From NCBI RefSeq assembly GCF_006345805.1, contig NW_021835803.1, positions 1 to 38,686 on the forward strand: 38,686 nt of DNA. Reading direction: 5' to 3'. The DNA is from Octopus sinensis (lineage: Eukaryota). Of this stretch, positions 10,515 to 23,236 are shown in pieces. The notes under the pieces are model-generated. The model was not told where the DNA came from, searched no databases, and was given only the letters and a program-made list of their open reading frames with translations. Position 1 is the first letter of the stretch, and every line of letters begins with the position of its first letter. Position numbers and translations under genes: made by a program.

Positions 10515-10800
10515 CAATCGTGAGGTTGTGAGTTCGATTCTCGGACCGGGCTGCGTGTTGTGTTCTTGAGCGAGACACTTTATTTCACATTGCTCCAGTT
10601 AACGCAGTTGTAAAAATGAGTTGCGACATCACTGGTGCCAAGCTCTATCGGCCCCTTTGCCTTTCCCTTGGATAACATCAGTGGAGAGGGGACGACTGCT
10701 AGTCATCCATAACACATCTTTGCCCCGGACTTGTATCTCGGAAAGTAACTTTTTAGGTGCAATCCCATGGTCATTCATAACCGAAGGGGGTCTCCTCCAT
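10515..10800 (+). mobile_element. tRNA-derived SINE, head partly truncated
   Basis: B-box-like gagttcgattctcggaccggg followed by tgttgtgttcttgagcgagacact; head is related to 26897-26990. Confidence 0.65.
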
Positions 10801-11229
10801 GCCTGTCGTAGCAACACAAAACACGCAAATGGAGTGAATAATGACCCACACCATTACATCGGCACAAAAATGCCTCCCGGTATTTTTTCTTCCTCTACAT
10901 TCTGGGGTAAAATTCTGTTGAGAACATCTTTGCTTTCCTTCTTCCAGGATTTTAAAATAAGTTATTGCTAAACTATTAGGGCCAATTTAATTATATAATT
11001 TCTAACTTCTTCACTTCTCTGGAAAGAATTATAGCGTTTAGAGATCTAATACTTTAAAAACCGTTTCCATAGAGATAACTTTGATTCGATTTTAGTTTCA
11101 GATACACTAAATTTCTTTTAAACTATTTAGTATTAAATAGGCCCCTTACCGCTTTTTATTTCGATGATTGTCGCATCTTTGTCAAATAATGGAGAAACAA
11201 CGAATGGAAGAATATATTTGATGTTAAAG

Positions 11230-11368
11230 CGCGGCAGTGGAGTTAAGAAGCCTGCTTCTCAACCACATGGATCTGGTTCAGTCCCACTGCGTAGCACCTT
11301 GGACAACTGTCTCCTACTATAGCCTTGGGCTGACCAAAGCCTTGAGAGTGAATGCGGTAGACGAAAAC
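11230..11368 (+). mobile_element. SINE 5' half, same family as 26306-26735
   Basis: ttcagtcccactgcgtagcaccttggac...ctactatagccttgggctgaccaaagccttg matches the full copy. Confidence 0.8.
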
Positions 11369-11709
11369 GCTATGTGCTGGTAGGCGGAGTGCGTATGTGC
11401 ATTGTAATTTCCTTAGAAGCAATGCTCCGTACCAGAATTTACGACTCCATCCAAATACAACAAACGGCTCACAATCCTTCTCGGAGTGTCCACCTACACG
11501 GAATCAGGAGAGGCTAATTTGTGCTTGCATCAATGATGAAGTCAAACCAAATAATATTTTCAAACCATTCAAATACGTACGTTTCGGATCTTGCACAATA
11601 TATAAAAGGAATTACATCTCTTTACTGAAAACCTGTTCGGTGAAGGTCTCGTGTAAAGGAATGTAAACTCAATACTTAAAACACTTTCAAAATATCATTA
11701 CTTAGTTTT

Positions 11710-11820
11710 CCTCCATTATTACACGCATACACACGCACGCACGCACGTACACACACACACACACACACACACACAAATACATACATATATGCATACATAC
11801 ACGCACACACACATATATAC

Positions 11821-11887
<67 letters not shown>
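11710..11887. repeat. (CA)n/(TA)n microsatellite
   Basis: Visible. Confidence 0.9.
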
Positions 11888-11888
<1 letters not shown>

Positions 11889-12447
11889 TGGGTCGTCCGG
11901 AAAGTTCGTGCCGATTTCTAAAGGAAAAAGATCTATAAATACTTACCATTACATTTTTAATCAACCAAATATGAACCATTTTGTTGAAACAATGCGTCTC
12001 TATCTAGCTTTTAACTTGAAAATAGCTTCTTCCAAAACTTGAGGTGATTTCATGGCAAAAAATTCATCAAGGTATCTTTTTACGTCATCCAAGGATTTGA
12101 AATATTTACTATTAAGACTATTCTGAAGAGACCTGAATAAGTGGAGATCCGAAGGAGCAGTATCTGGTGAATATGGACGGTGGGGTAACACATCCCAGCC
12201 GAGCTGCAGCAATCTTTTCTGGTTCCCAAAGCATCAAGTGCCAAAAATGAACTTTCTTATCTTCCATTGTAAAGGGTTACAGAATTAACACAGGTCGTAG
12301 GAACATAAACCATCTTCCACGAAAGGATAGCTTAAACTGTGCTCTAAATGGAGGTGTAGTCAAATCCTATCTTATGGATCAACAATATTCTAAAATAAGT
12401 CGAAAGGTAAGCTACTATAAATCGGCACGAACTTTCGGACCACCCAA
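11888..12447 (-). mobile_element. Internally deleted Mariner (Tc1/mariner) element
   Basis: About 30-bp TIRs TTGGGTCGTCCGGAAAGTTCGTGCCGATTT and the reverse complement of AAATCGGCACGAACTTTCGGACCACCCAA, with TA on both sides. Minus strand encodes the N-terminus MEDKKVHFWHLMLW joined to the C-terminus LQLGWDVLPHRPYSPDTAPSDLHLFRSL (YSPDLAP motif). Confidence 0.92.
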
Positions 12448-12477
12448 TAGATATAGATATGTATACATATATATGTA

Positions 12478-12529
<52 letters not shown>

Positions 12530-12865
12530 TTAATCCTGCCTCTAATGCTACCTTAGTATTAAACCGAAGTGATGTGTTACATTAGTACCGTTACATTTAA
12601 TAAGCATTATTTTGTTATTCAAGAGTAATGAAGTATTTTTTTAATCAAGCACAATTTCAAAGCAGACCAACAACAGTTGGAAGCAGTGTAAAATCTAATG
12701 CAGGATATTTGGTCTATACGCAAACAGTCACATTTTATTAAATGCTGCTTAGCAGTAGAACTTCAAGAGAGCATCTCATGCCTTCTTTATCTCTTTACTG
12801 GGTGATGTTATCCTTTTCCCTGTTTTCAAGAGGACAGCGTAAGACCGGAATATCAGTTCCACGCT

Positions 12866-13100
12866 AAGGCAGCGAGCTGGCAGAAACGTTAGCACGCCGG
12901 GCGAAATGTGCAGCTGTAATTCGTCTGCCGCTACATTCTGAGTTCAAATTCCGCCGAGGTCGACTTTGCCTTTCATCCTTACGGGGTCGATTAAATAAGT
13001 ACCAGTGAATCACTGGGGTCGATATAATCGACTTAATCCCCTTGTCTGTCCTTGTTTGTCCCCTCTATGTTTAGCCCCCTGCGGGCAATAAAGAAATAAA
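12866..13100 (+). mobile_element. tRNA-derived SINE with a Deu/Nin-like central domain
   Basis: gagttcaaattccgccgaggtcgactttgcctttcatcct..ggggtcgattaaataagtaccag; the GCCTTTCATCC...GGTCGAT..AAGTACCAG core resembles Deu/Nin SINE domains (recall, not searched). Confidence 0.75.
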
Positions 13101-13139
13101 TATATTACAAACGTTTTATATCGACATTTTCCAAGCAGA

Positions 13140-13500
13140 CATGAGTTGGAGAATAAAGAACAAAGATGGGCTGCGAAACTGAAGACCATAGAAAGATCCA
13201 TGCTAGGAATATCGTTGCGATAGCAAATCCGATACCAGGTAACGGAGTAGAATCAATTATGGGAGTTCGATAAGTTGGTCTGCGACGTACTTGTCCATAG
13301 GTTTACAGACAACTTGTAGACGCGAGAAGAAATCCAGTGGCATCCAAGAAATGGTAAGAAACTAATCGGACAACCCCAAAGACGATGCGGGGGATGACCA
13401 CCTCTCTCCTTCTCCCCCCCCCCCCCCCGCATACACACAAAATTGCCCAGTTTGAAGAGAAGAGCACAACCAAAGGAAGAATGGAAGGTTGGTACCAGCG
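13140..13500 (+). mobile_element. Degraded RTE-clade LINE 3' fragment
   Basis: Remnants KLKTIERSMLGISLR, W.PR..K...GQPQRR..DD and AQ..(R)..W, typical of the RTE C-terminus. Confidence 0.6.
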
Positions 13501-13916
13501 ATTTGAAATGCATATGCCTATGGGTTATAAACAGACACACATGTGTGTATGTATCTATCTATGTATATATATAATTAATACACAAATATAAGCGAGAATC
13601 CACTATGTGGACGCGCTTACGCTAGAGATAGATCCGCAAAGGGACTCAACCACTAAGAATTGTTCTCAAGAAAAAAATCTAGCACACTAAGAACGTAAGC
13701 GAGCAGGACAAATGAAAAATAACAAAAATATTGATTAACCCCATACAATTGTTTCACTGTTAATAAATTATGCAATTTTACTTACATAATTATCCTCAGA
13801 TCATCGGTGGGATACGTCATAAAATATAATTTGTCGAACTGCACGCTATATATTAACACGAGGTCAAAGACACGAGCAGTTCTGCCTATTATATTAACAG
13901 TTACCATTCAAATGCC

Positions 13917-13955
<39 letters not shown>

Positions 13956-15009
13956 TAGGAGCTTCACCCTGTTCACTGTTCAGTCTGCTGTTATAAGCAG
14001 GGCATTGGTGAAATTGAGACTGGTAAAAGAACTTTTGGCCATTGTATTGTCACAATTGTCGTCACTAAGAACCAGTTAGCTGCGAGCCAAACCTAACCAC
14101 GCAACCATCCCTGTTCATATAAGTTGATTTCAAATCACACTCGTATAATTCCACTATGCATCCGTCTGAGGCCAGTTATATAAATAATACTAGCAATGAT
14201 AGTCTATGGTCTACGCTATCAGCTATGGCAGTTTGCATATATAATTAACTTGTGACTAAGAGAGAGAGAGAGAGGGGGGGGAGAAATCAATGAAATAGCA
14301 ACACATCAACTAGTTTTAATAGAAGCTTTGGAAAATAGCCAACAGTCAACGGATATATCACGAGTGTCTAATCAACGTATACATCTTGTAGGCAACTTTA
14401 AATTCACACATGTTCTTTTCTCTTTAATCACTTCCGCTTGTCGGAATCTGTAACCTTTAACAGGATCTCATCCTTGTCTTCAAATCTTCCAACAAATTAT
14501 TCTATCAAGAGCTGGAAAAGTTTTTTTTTGGTTATCGACTTAGATCGATATCTTATTTACTCCCAGTCTCCGTAGCTCTCCCCGCAAATGTTATTTATAT
14601 AATTGCACGAAATGTTTTTAACAAGAAGAGAGAAAAAAACTGTAAAACCGTACGTGTGAAAGAAAATGACATTTTACTTGCAATATATATTACGCCTCCG
14701 GTATTAAGAGTTTTATGTAGAATAATTTATGCAAATGTATATTTATAGGCTTCTAAATATATAAATATATACATGTATATGTGTGTGTGTGTGTGTGTGT
14801 GTATGTGTGTGTGTGTGTGTATTGTTTCAGCGGTTTCAATTATTAGGCTGCATCCTTCATGGAATATTGTGTTCAACTCGCATTTCACTCAGGTGCTAAA
14901 GTTATCGATCTCTATAAATGTTGAACCTGTAAGATTAATGACATAATCGACAACATCGGTTCCGTTAGATTCGTATTAATAAACGATACTGACTACACAC
15001 ATACCTGGA

Positions 15010-15047
15010 CACACAGACACATATCATATAACACACACACACAATAT

Positions 15048-15079
<32 letters not shown>

Positions 15080-15277
15080 ATATATATATATTATATATAT
15101 ATATATACTTATATAAAGACACAAACATGCATGTTTCTATGTATATTTTTATAGTACATACAATCATACACATAGATAGATAAATAGATCGATAGATAGA
15201 TAGACAGACAGACAGGCAGGCAGGCAGACAGACAGACAGGCAGATAGACAGACAGACACACAGACAGACAGACAGGC

Positions 15278-15346
<69 letters not shown>

Positions 15347-15389
15347 GACAGACAGACAGACATACAGACAGACAGACAGACAGACAGAC

Positions 15390-15442
<53 letters not shown>

Positions 15443-15545
15443 TATAGACAGACAGACAGGCAGGCAGACAGACAGACAGACAGACAGACAGACATACAGA
15501 CGGACGGACGGACGGACGGACGGACAGACAGACAGACATACAGAC

Positions 15546-15626
<81 letters not shown>

Positions 15627-15627
15627 T
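15010..15627. repeat. Large compound microsatellite (TA, GATA, GACA, GGCA, GA, GGAC)
   Basis: Visible; explains the three 160-180 aa LSIY/SVCL minus-strand ORFs. Confidence 0.95.
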
Positions 15628-15787
15628 AAACCAAATAAGCAAAGAAATACACTTCAACATCCTGAATGATCAGCTATAATTGTTTCTGCACTATGTCTGC
15701 TTTTAGCGCCAGTTAAAGCAAAAGTTACAAGTGAGAATGTACGAATTGTTTGCGGTTTTAAACATTACACTGGCATTTCTTCAGACC

Positions 15788-15889
15788 CGCATTAAAGGTG
15801 CGCTTACATTGTGCCATCGGCACATTGTAATTGCAAGATAACCATAGTTCCGTTTATTGAATTGACCGATTGAGTAAACGGAACTATGG
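15788..15889. other. Cluster of adjacent hairpins
   Basis: CGCA/TGCG at 15788-15802; TTACATTGTGCC-atc-GGCACATTGTAA at 15804-15830; perfect 15-bp stem CCATAGTTCCGTTTA/TAAACGGAACTATGG at 15842-15889. Confidence 0.85.
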
Positions 15890-16220
15890 ACGCACCGATA
15901 ATGCACATCAAAAACATGTCAGTCCAGGATGCACACATCGAGAAAAGCCCATTATTTTTGCTTTGTGTACATCATTCTACGCAAACAGAATATTATCTTG
16001 GGAAAGCAAAAATGGATTTAACTAAGTCGTCTGGTGATGGTCTTCAACTTCGTGTCTCGATTACCTGGAGTTCTATACCAATATGGAAACCTTTTTTTAG
16101 CCTGGTGTAATTGTATTAATAGAGAACTTGAGCAGTATTTGGGGCAGAATGACGACCCCAATGGAAATAACTACGTATGTTTGGGGTTGTATGTATGTGT
16201 GTATTACGTATATATATATG

Positions 16221-16395
16221 GCAAATATTAAATTTACATGACCTCAGCGTAATATCTTCAGGGGAAAAAGAATACTCATGGATGTTTTGTAAATGTTTAT
16301 GGATTCATTGAATACATAAACATACGTAAACATCTAATGGCATATTTTTCCCCTCTGAAGATATTTTGCTCAGGTCATGTAAATTTAATATTTAC
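16221..16395. mobile_element. 175-bp imperfect palindrome (MITE/foldback-like)
   Basis: aaatattaaatttacatgacct.agc..aatatcttcag...ggggaaaa is mirrored by ttttcccctctgaagatatt..gct.aggtcatgtaaatttaatattt; inner arms also pair around about 16308. Confidence 0.75.
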
Positions 16396-16545
16396 TTTAT
16401 ATTTCCTGAGCATTAATTGAAACAGCTGTAAGGGATGATAGTTAATTTGATGTGAATAATAGACAATTATAATTTTCATAACTCCATTTTTTTTTTCGTC
16501 TCATAAATATTTTATATATATATATATATATAGAATATATATATA

Positions 16546-16584
<39 letters not shown>

Positions 16585-16646
16585 TATATATTATATATAT
16601 ATATATATATGTATATATAATATATGCATATATATAATATATATAA

Positions 16647-18045
16647 TTAGAATAACTTAGAAAGATTTTGGCCAGTGTTAGTCCAGGTCATGTCTAACTT
16701 AATAGCACCACCTCCGAAGTCTTTCAATTCATCATTTGGGCACCAAGGCCCATTCGAGCAGAGAGTTATTGTTTGCGGAGACATATCCGGGTGTGGGTGG
16801 TTTGTCGGGGACTGTTTGAAGGAATTTGTCCAAAGACTTCTTAAATTTTGTGTGGTCAGTTTCTGTTTTGACGTGTCCTGTTGTAATGTTGAAGAGAGCG
16901 GGTCCAATTGAGGTGAAATAATTGTGCCGTATTGTTGTTATGAGATGCGATTTAGATTTTTGTTGCGGACGGATGGCACGGGGTCCAAGTCTTGGATGTA
17001 TTCTGAGGGTGATGCCAACATTATTTGGACAGTGGAGATGGAATGTTTTCCACATAATACAAACAATGTAACGTTCATGGCGTCGTTGAAGTGAATACAG
17101 TTTCAGCTTATCCAGTCTACCCCAGTAGTCGAGATGTAACATGCCATCTATCTTTTTCGTGATTGACCTTTGGAGAGCTTCAATTTTCATAATATTCTGT
17201 TTCGTGTAGGGAGACCACAGTGGACAGCAGTATTCAAGGTGGGGTCAGGTAAAAGTAGAGAAATGAAGGATAATGTTGTGGGAATCTCTCGATTGGAAGG
17301 TTCTGAGAATCCAGGAACACATTCTGCGGGCCATGTCAACTTTGCTGCTTATATGTGTAACCCAGCTTATGTTGTTGTCCACAGTTACTCCTAAGTCTCT
17401 GATGTTGTTAGACGCCATGAGAATTTCACCAGAAGGAAGGGAGTTTCAGAGCGTCCTCCCTTCCAAAGTGGATCAGTTCGAATTTGTCTTCGTTTAGCAA
17501 CATGTTGTTCTTTTCCGCCCATTGGACAACAGCCAGTAGGTATGACTGAAGGTTTATCCGGTCATCCACGCCACTGATGACCTTCTGGAGCTTGGAATCA
17601 TCAGCGAAGATTCTGATGTTACTGTGTTTGATGATGTCAGTAATGTCATTAGTGTAGATGATGAAGAGAAGTAGGCCCAACACAATGCCTTGTGGGACAC
17701 CACTACTGACTTTGGCTGGGCTGGATTTGACTCCTTCGACTACAACATGTTGGGTTCTGTTTGACAGGAAGCACTTGATCCACTGCAGCAGCATTCCAGT
17801 GACACCAATATTGGACAGCTTTCTCAAAAGGATCTTATGATCAACCCTGTCAAAGGCCTTGCTGAAATCAAGGTATATAACATCAGCGTTGGATCCCTCT
17901 CACAAGGCTCTCAAAATGTCATCGAAATGATGCAGTAGCTGCGTCAGGCAATCCCTTCCATTACGGAATCCATGCTACTTGGAGTTCAGCATATAATGAA
18001 TCTCAAGGAAGTGTGTCATTCGCGATCTCACCACTCTCTCAAGAA
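16647..18045 (-). mobile_element. CR1/L2-group LINE family A, longest copy (RT domain to 3' end)
   Basis: Minus strand: QHGFRNGRDCLTQLL, DVIYLDFSKAFDRVDH, SGVPQGIVLG, IRIFADDSKL, RDLGV, PHLEYCCPLWSP, LKLYSLQRRHERY; same 3' terminus as the other copies. Confidence 0.92.
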
Positions 18046-18049
18046 TCTA

Positions 18050-18235
18050 TACATATATTTACATAAGTATATGTATGTATACATATATGTATATATATGT
18101 ATATATGTTTGTATGTATGTGTATGTATATATTTATGTATGTATGTATGTATGTATGTATGTATGTATGTATGTATGTATGTATGTATGTATGTATACGT
18201 ATGCATGTATGTGTGTATGTATGCATTATGTATTT
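18050..18235. repeat. (TATG)n microsatellite
   Basis: Visible. Confidence 0.9.
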
Positions 18236-18483
18236 ATATGTTTGTACTCCCACCACTCCTTCACACATCGCTTCGTGTCTTTGCGCCCCCGTAACTTAGC
18301 GGATATATATATATATATAACATTTCTGCTGTTTTACTTTCGCCGCTGACGCTTCTCAACTTGTTTGTATAGCTGCTCTCTAGCGAAGCCCCTGATATGT
18401 TCGATTAAGTGACCTCTAAGCTAAATTGACCGTCTGCATAGACGAAAAGAGTATACATACATATATTTATATATATATATATA

Positions 18484-18520
<37 letters not shown>

Positions 18521-20939
18521 AGGCGAAACATGCATAAGATTCATAAAGACAGGTATACAAAAACATAATTATCTCATACAAAGCACTTAAATATAATTGT
18601 GTGCGTGTAGACGTGCGTATACAGATATATAGTGATATTCATATACTAACTAACTAAACTAACATATACATGTAAATACGTGCATTTGTATATGTTATAT
18701 ACATGCAGACACACACACAAACAAATATACATATATGTGTATATATATATGTGTGTATATATATATAATATATATGTGTGTGTGTGTATGTATGTAATAT
18801 ATATATAATATATATATATATATACCACATGTGTATGTATGTATAGTGAAATTACATTTTATTTCTCCTAAAGAAATCACAACGTAAGTGATATAAGAGA
18901 ATGCTTCTATTTCTGAAAGTATATGAATGTATGTATGTTCGTTTGTGTTAATGTGTACTTACCTACATGTGTGTGTGTGTGTGTGTGTGTTTGTGTGTTT
19001 TTGAATGTATGAATGTGCTTGTTGGTGTGTGTGTGTGTATGTATAACAAATGTAGCTTTGTATGCATATACTTTCGTGTATAAGTGTGTGTGAGCGTTTG
19101 TGTGTAGACACTCACCTGGTTTTAACTAAAACGAATGCCTACCTACAGCAAATTCACTTCTTTCATTATTGTGATTTTTTCATTTATAATTTAATGGCAA
19201 GTTCTCATTTTCCAAGTATATATGAATGTATTTCACTTTTTATATTTATTGACATATGTATATATATATATCCATATCCATATTTGGGCGACATATGTAT
19301 ATTTTAAATCTGTGTTGTTTTCCTTTGAATTCGTTGTCAGTTTCATTTACATTTGTAGCAACTTATGTTTGTCAACCTCGACATCGCTACCGGAAATGAA
19401 CTACGCGTCACCATCTGTTCTTTTTCTTGTAGACAGTGTAGAAGAAATTAAAGAAAAAGACGAAAATGTTATATCGGCCATTTTATGTGCATCTAAAACA
19501 CGTACATATATATTTAGAAACTACGTTAGTAATGGTTTTAAATATATAACATTTTAACTAAGTGAGAACGAGGGTTCGTTAACGCGGTCGTTCCCCCCTG
19601 TTGGAATTCACTAAAAAATGCCCATTAAATCACAACTTACTCTAATGAAGTCTCGGATAGTTAAGACGTTTCCATGAAACAATGTAGAATGTTTGGATTT
19701 CTGCATTGTTGAATTCGATCAATCTCTAAATTTTGTTTCTTTTCCTTAAAATCAGTCGATAACGCATGAACCTTTCGCTTGTCTGAATTGGAGAAGATTT
19801 CTTCCAGAATCGTTCTGCTTTTTTAAATCTAATTCACGCTCTTCTTAGTTAATCAACCTACATTTAAGTCTTATAAGGAAATGTGTTTTGCTTCTTCAAC
19901 GTGATATATCGTTGATGTTAGGTTAAGCAGTCTGTTCAATCTTCGATTTGTGAACCTGTGATTAATATCTCAGCTGAAATGGGATTCGCTTAAATGCCTA
20001 TTGATTCTTTTCGAGTGTTTTTGATTGGTAGATGTCTCATTCAAGTAGAGCTTTTTCTTTTCTATTTTGTTTTTGTTTTTTTTTTGTTTTTTTTGCTGAT
20101 GTTTGTCAGCAAAGTAAAGAGATTTCTTTGGAAGTGCACCTATATTTTCTTAATTATAACAAATCGATAAATTCCGCTTCAGATTCTTTGTAATGTAACG
20201 GACAACTGCGTATTGTGAAGTCGAATGATTTGGGGGTAGATGCGGTCAGCGTTGCTTTCCCTTTGTGCTATAAATTCCATCACATAGGTTTGATGATATT
20301 TATGAGAGTGAGTATTTCGTGTATGCCGTTTTATGGTGTTGGTATGCTCTTTATTTAGTATCTGAGCAGGTATGCTTACAATATCAGCTTTCTTTTCGGT
20401 TCGTAAATAGCATTTCTGTGTGATTCAAACTGTTAAAAAAACATTACATGTTAGAGTTTCGAGACGAAAGAAATAATACACGATAAAATAAACATCGTCA
20501 AAGATATGAAAATGGTTGAAATTTCAGAACAAATTGTTAACTTACAGAAATTGTTCACTGCTCCTCCAACTTCTATTTCGGCGATAGGGTGTTTTGCTAA
20601 ATTAATTGCAATCAATTTGAGGGGAAACACCAGCTAAAATCATTGTAACTTAAAGAAATACCATCTATCTAACTAAAATAGTTTTTCGCATTAAGGAAAA
20701 CTTCTATTTTATCTTTTCGTAAACTGTTCAAGTTCTCTATACAACTATGCTTATCTCCTTTTCATTATCCTTCCTTTTTAATGTCGAAATCTAAATCATT
20801 AAATAGGGAATAAAATTAATATAAGGACTGGAGTCTCTGTTCTCAGAAAATATCCGAAAACCTGAAGTATGTTTATATGTTTTATAAAGGCGATTTCTCG
20901 AGATAATGAGTTCCCGAAAAGTGAGAAACCCTAAATTAT

Positions 20940-21008
20940 GTATGTGTGTGCGTGTATACATTCATACATATCACACACACACACAGCTATGTATATGTAT
21001 ATATATAT

Positions 21009-21044
<36 letters not shown>

Positions 21045-21141
21045 ACAAACATATATATATAAATATATACAGACATATATATATAATAGTCACATACATA
21101 TACATATATATATATAGACATATATATATATATGTACATAT

Positions 21142-21185
<44 letters not shown>

Positions 21186-21284
21186 TATATATATATTATT
21201 ATATATATATATGTAATGTATATAGACATTTATATATAGATATATATATATGTACATATATACATATACATAAATTATATATAA

Positions 21285-21347
<63 letters not shown>

Positions 21348-21350
21348 TAT
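20940..21350. repeat. Long interrupted (TA)n microsatellite field
   Basis: Visible. Confidence 0.95.
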
Positions 21351-22083
21351 TTTTGTATAGTTTATTTATTTGATAGACATTCTTAGTCTTCCCAGATAGG
21401 AATAAATACGTTGTTTCGGGCAATTATTGCTAAAGTCTTGAAATTTAATATTTTATTTTAATAAGAGAAAATAAGTCTTCTTCAATATGTAATAGGATCT
21501 TGGTTACGGGTGGGTTATTATTAGCTTTGAAGCCTTATTTGACAATATCAAAATGATTTTCGTTTTTCTTTTGCTTCTCGAGTTCATTTCTTGTCTCTAC
21601 ATTTTCGCATTGTGTAAATAAAGTGCTCAACAACCGAGTTGATATTCTTTCTTTGACAGAGATTCAAGAACAAAATTTTACATCGGGACTTAGGCGTAAA
21701 TCTGTTTGTTTAATAAGAAACGACATACAGAGCTACAAATCCATTTCAATCCTTAAGAATCTTTCAAAGCAATTAATTTAGATTCGTGTGAGGAAGACTA
21801 GTTTCCAAAGAAATAAGAAAGTGAGAAAGAGAGAAAATCAGAAAGAAACAATAAATGGAAGAAGGACGAGATGAGCAGAGAATGAAGATAGGAAGCATCA
21901 AATTAAACATATTCAATTTTGAAATGTTAGCAATAATTTCTAAATGACAGGAAATATTACAATGATCAGTACCCGGAACTCAGAAGCTCAGGGTATATTT
22001 ATACATTTTTGCCCGTGTTTTCGGGTGTATAAATACATATGTACACACATATTTTTACACCCCCATCCCACGCCCAAAAAAAA

Positions 22084-22374
22084 GACACTGCGACACAATG
22101 TCTTCGCTGCAAATGGTCCTACACTTTTCAATATTTTCCCAAAAGAAATTAAAGTAGAAAAATGCCCAACAACTTTCAAGTGGCACCTGGACAAATTCCT
22201 CTAGAAAATACCAGATAAACCACCTACACATGGATACATTACAACCAACAACAACTCTCTGCTCGAGTGGTCCATTGTGTCCGGAAATAACTAAAAGAAT
22301 TTTCCAGGTTGTGCTATTGAGTTAGTAATCGCCTGGGTCGATAATGGCCGAAACCAATCTATGTTATCTAAGTC
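22084..22374 (+). mobile_element. CR1/L2 family A 3' fragment
   Basis: TLRHNVFAANGPTLFNIFPKEIK..FKWHLDKFL, then ccaggttgtgctattgagttag..ggtcgataatggccgaaacc and an atctaagt tail followed by (TA)n. Confidence 0.8.
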
Positions 22375-22396
22375 ATATATATATATATATATATAT

Positions 22397-22790
22397 GATT
22401 TGATTTGATCTAGTTTCAGCATATAAGCGGTGGCCATGCAGCAGCACCGCCATCTGGTGTTGCTACACAATATTACTTCATTAATTCTTTTTCAGAAATT
22501 GACGCGTGGTGCATCTGCACTTCATGCACTTCATGCTGTGAAGTTGTTTCATCTGGAACAGTCGAGAGTAAGAGGTCTAATTTCGCTTTGAAGACCCTTA
22601 CATCCACCCCGTGCAGTTTCCTTAGGTCTTTCTGGAAGATATTGAAGAGCTGTGGGCCTTTAAAGCACAGGTTGTTGCAATAGTTTGTCCTATATCGTGT
22701 TGGCAAAGTTGGAGTCTTTGACAATATGCAGTGGCGCCCTGTTCTAACATTAGTGTAACTCTCGATGCCAAAGTTTATATACGAAATAAT
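22397..22790 (-). mobile_element. CR1/L2-group LINE family B 3' fragment including its terminus
   Basis: Minus strand: GRHCILSKTP..FKGPQLFNIFQKDLR..FKAKLDLLLSTVPDE, then atggcggtgctgctgcatggccaccgc..gctgaaactag and an (ATCAA)n-like tail. Confidence 0.75.
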
Positions 22791-22924
22791 TCATATTCAT
22801 TTGGATTGGGTACTTAAGTTGAGGCACCAAGACAGTCCGCTATTATCCACACAGCTCGAAGTAAGGTGAATAGAAAGCAAATAAATAACAACGTTGACAT
22901 TCTTGTTACTAATTTAGTACATAT

Positions 22925-22927
22925 CTA

Positions 22928-22993
<66 letters not shown>

Positions 22994-23082
22994 AGGTAGG
23001 TAGGTAGATAGACAGACAGACAGACATTAGATAAATAAATAGTCAGATAGACATATAGATAGATAGATAGATAGATAAATAG

Positions 23083-23114
<32 letters not shown>

Positions 23115-23175
23115 ATATAAGTATATATATATGTATGTATATACACCTACATGTATGCATACATATGTATGTATG

Positions 23176-23235
<60 letters not shown>
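22925..23235. repeat. Compound CT/TA/GA/GATA/GT microsatellite
   Basis: Visible. Confidence 0.9.

Positions 23236-23236
<1 letters not shown>

Noticed and set aside
11530-11630. ATGATGA...CTGA C/D-box snoRNA-like pair
   Set aside because: No terminal stem and no recognisable rRNA or snRNA guide; expected by chance.
15024-15660. Three overlapping 160-180 aa ORFs
   Set aside because: All are GATA/GACA microsatellite read-through (LSIY, SVCL repeats).
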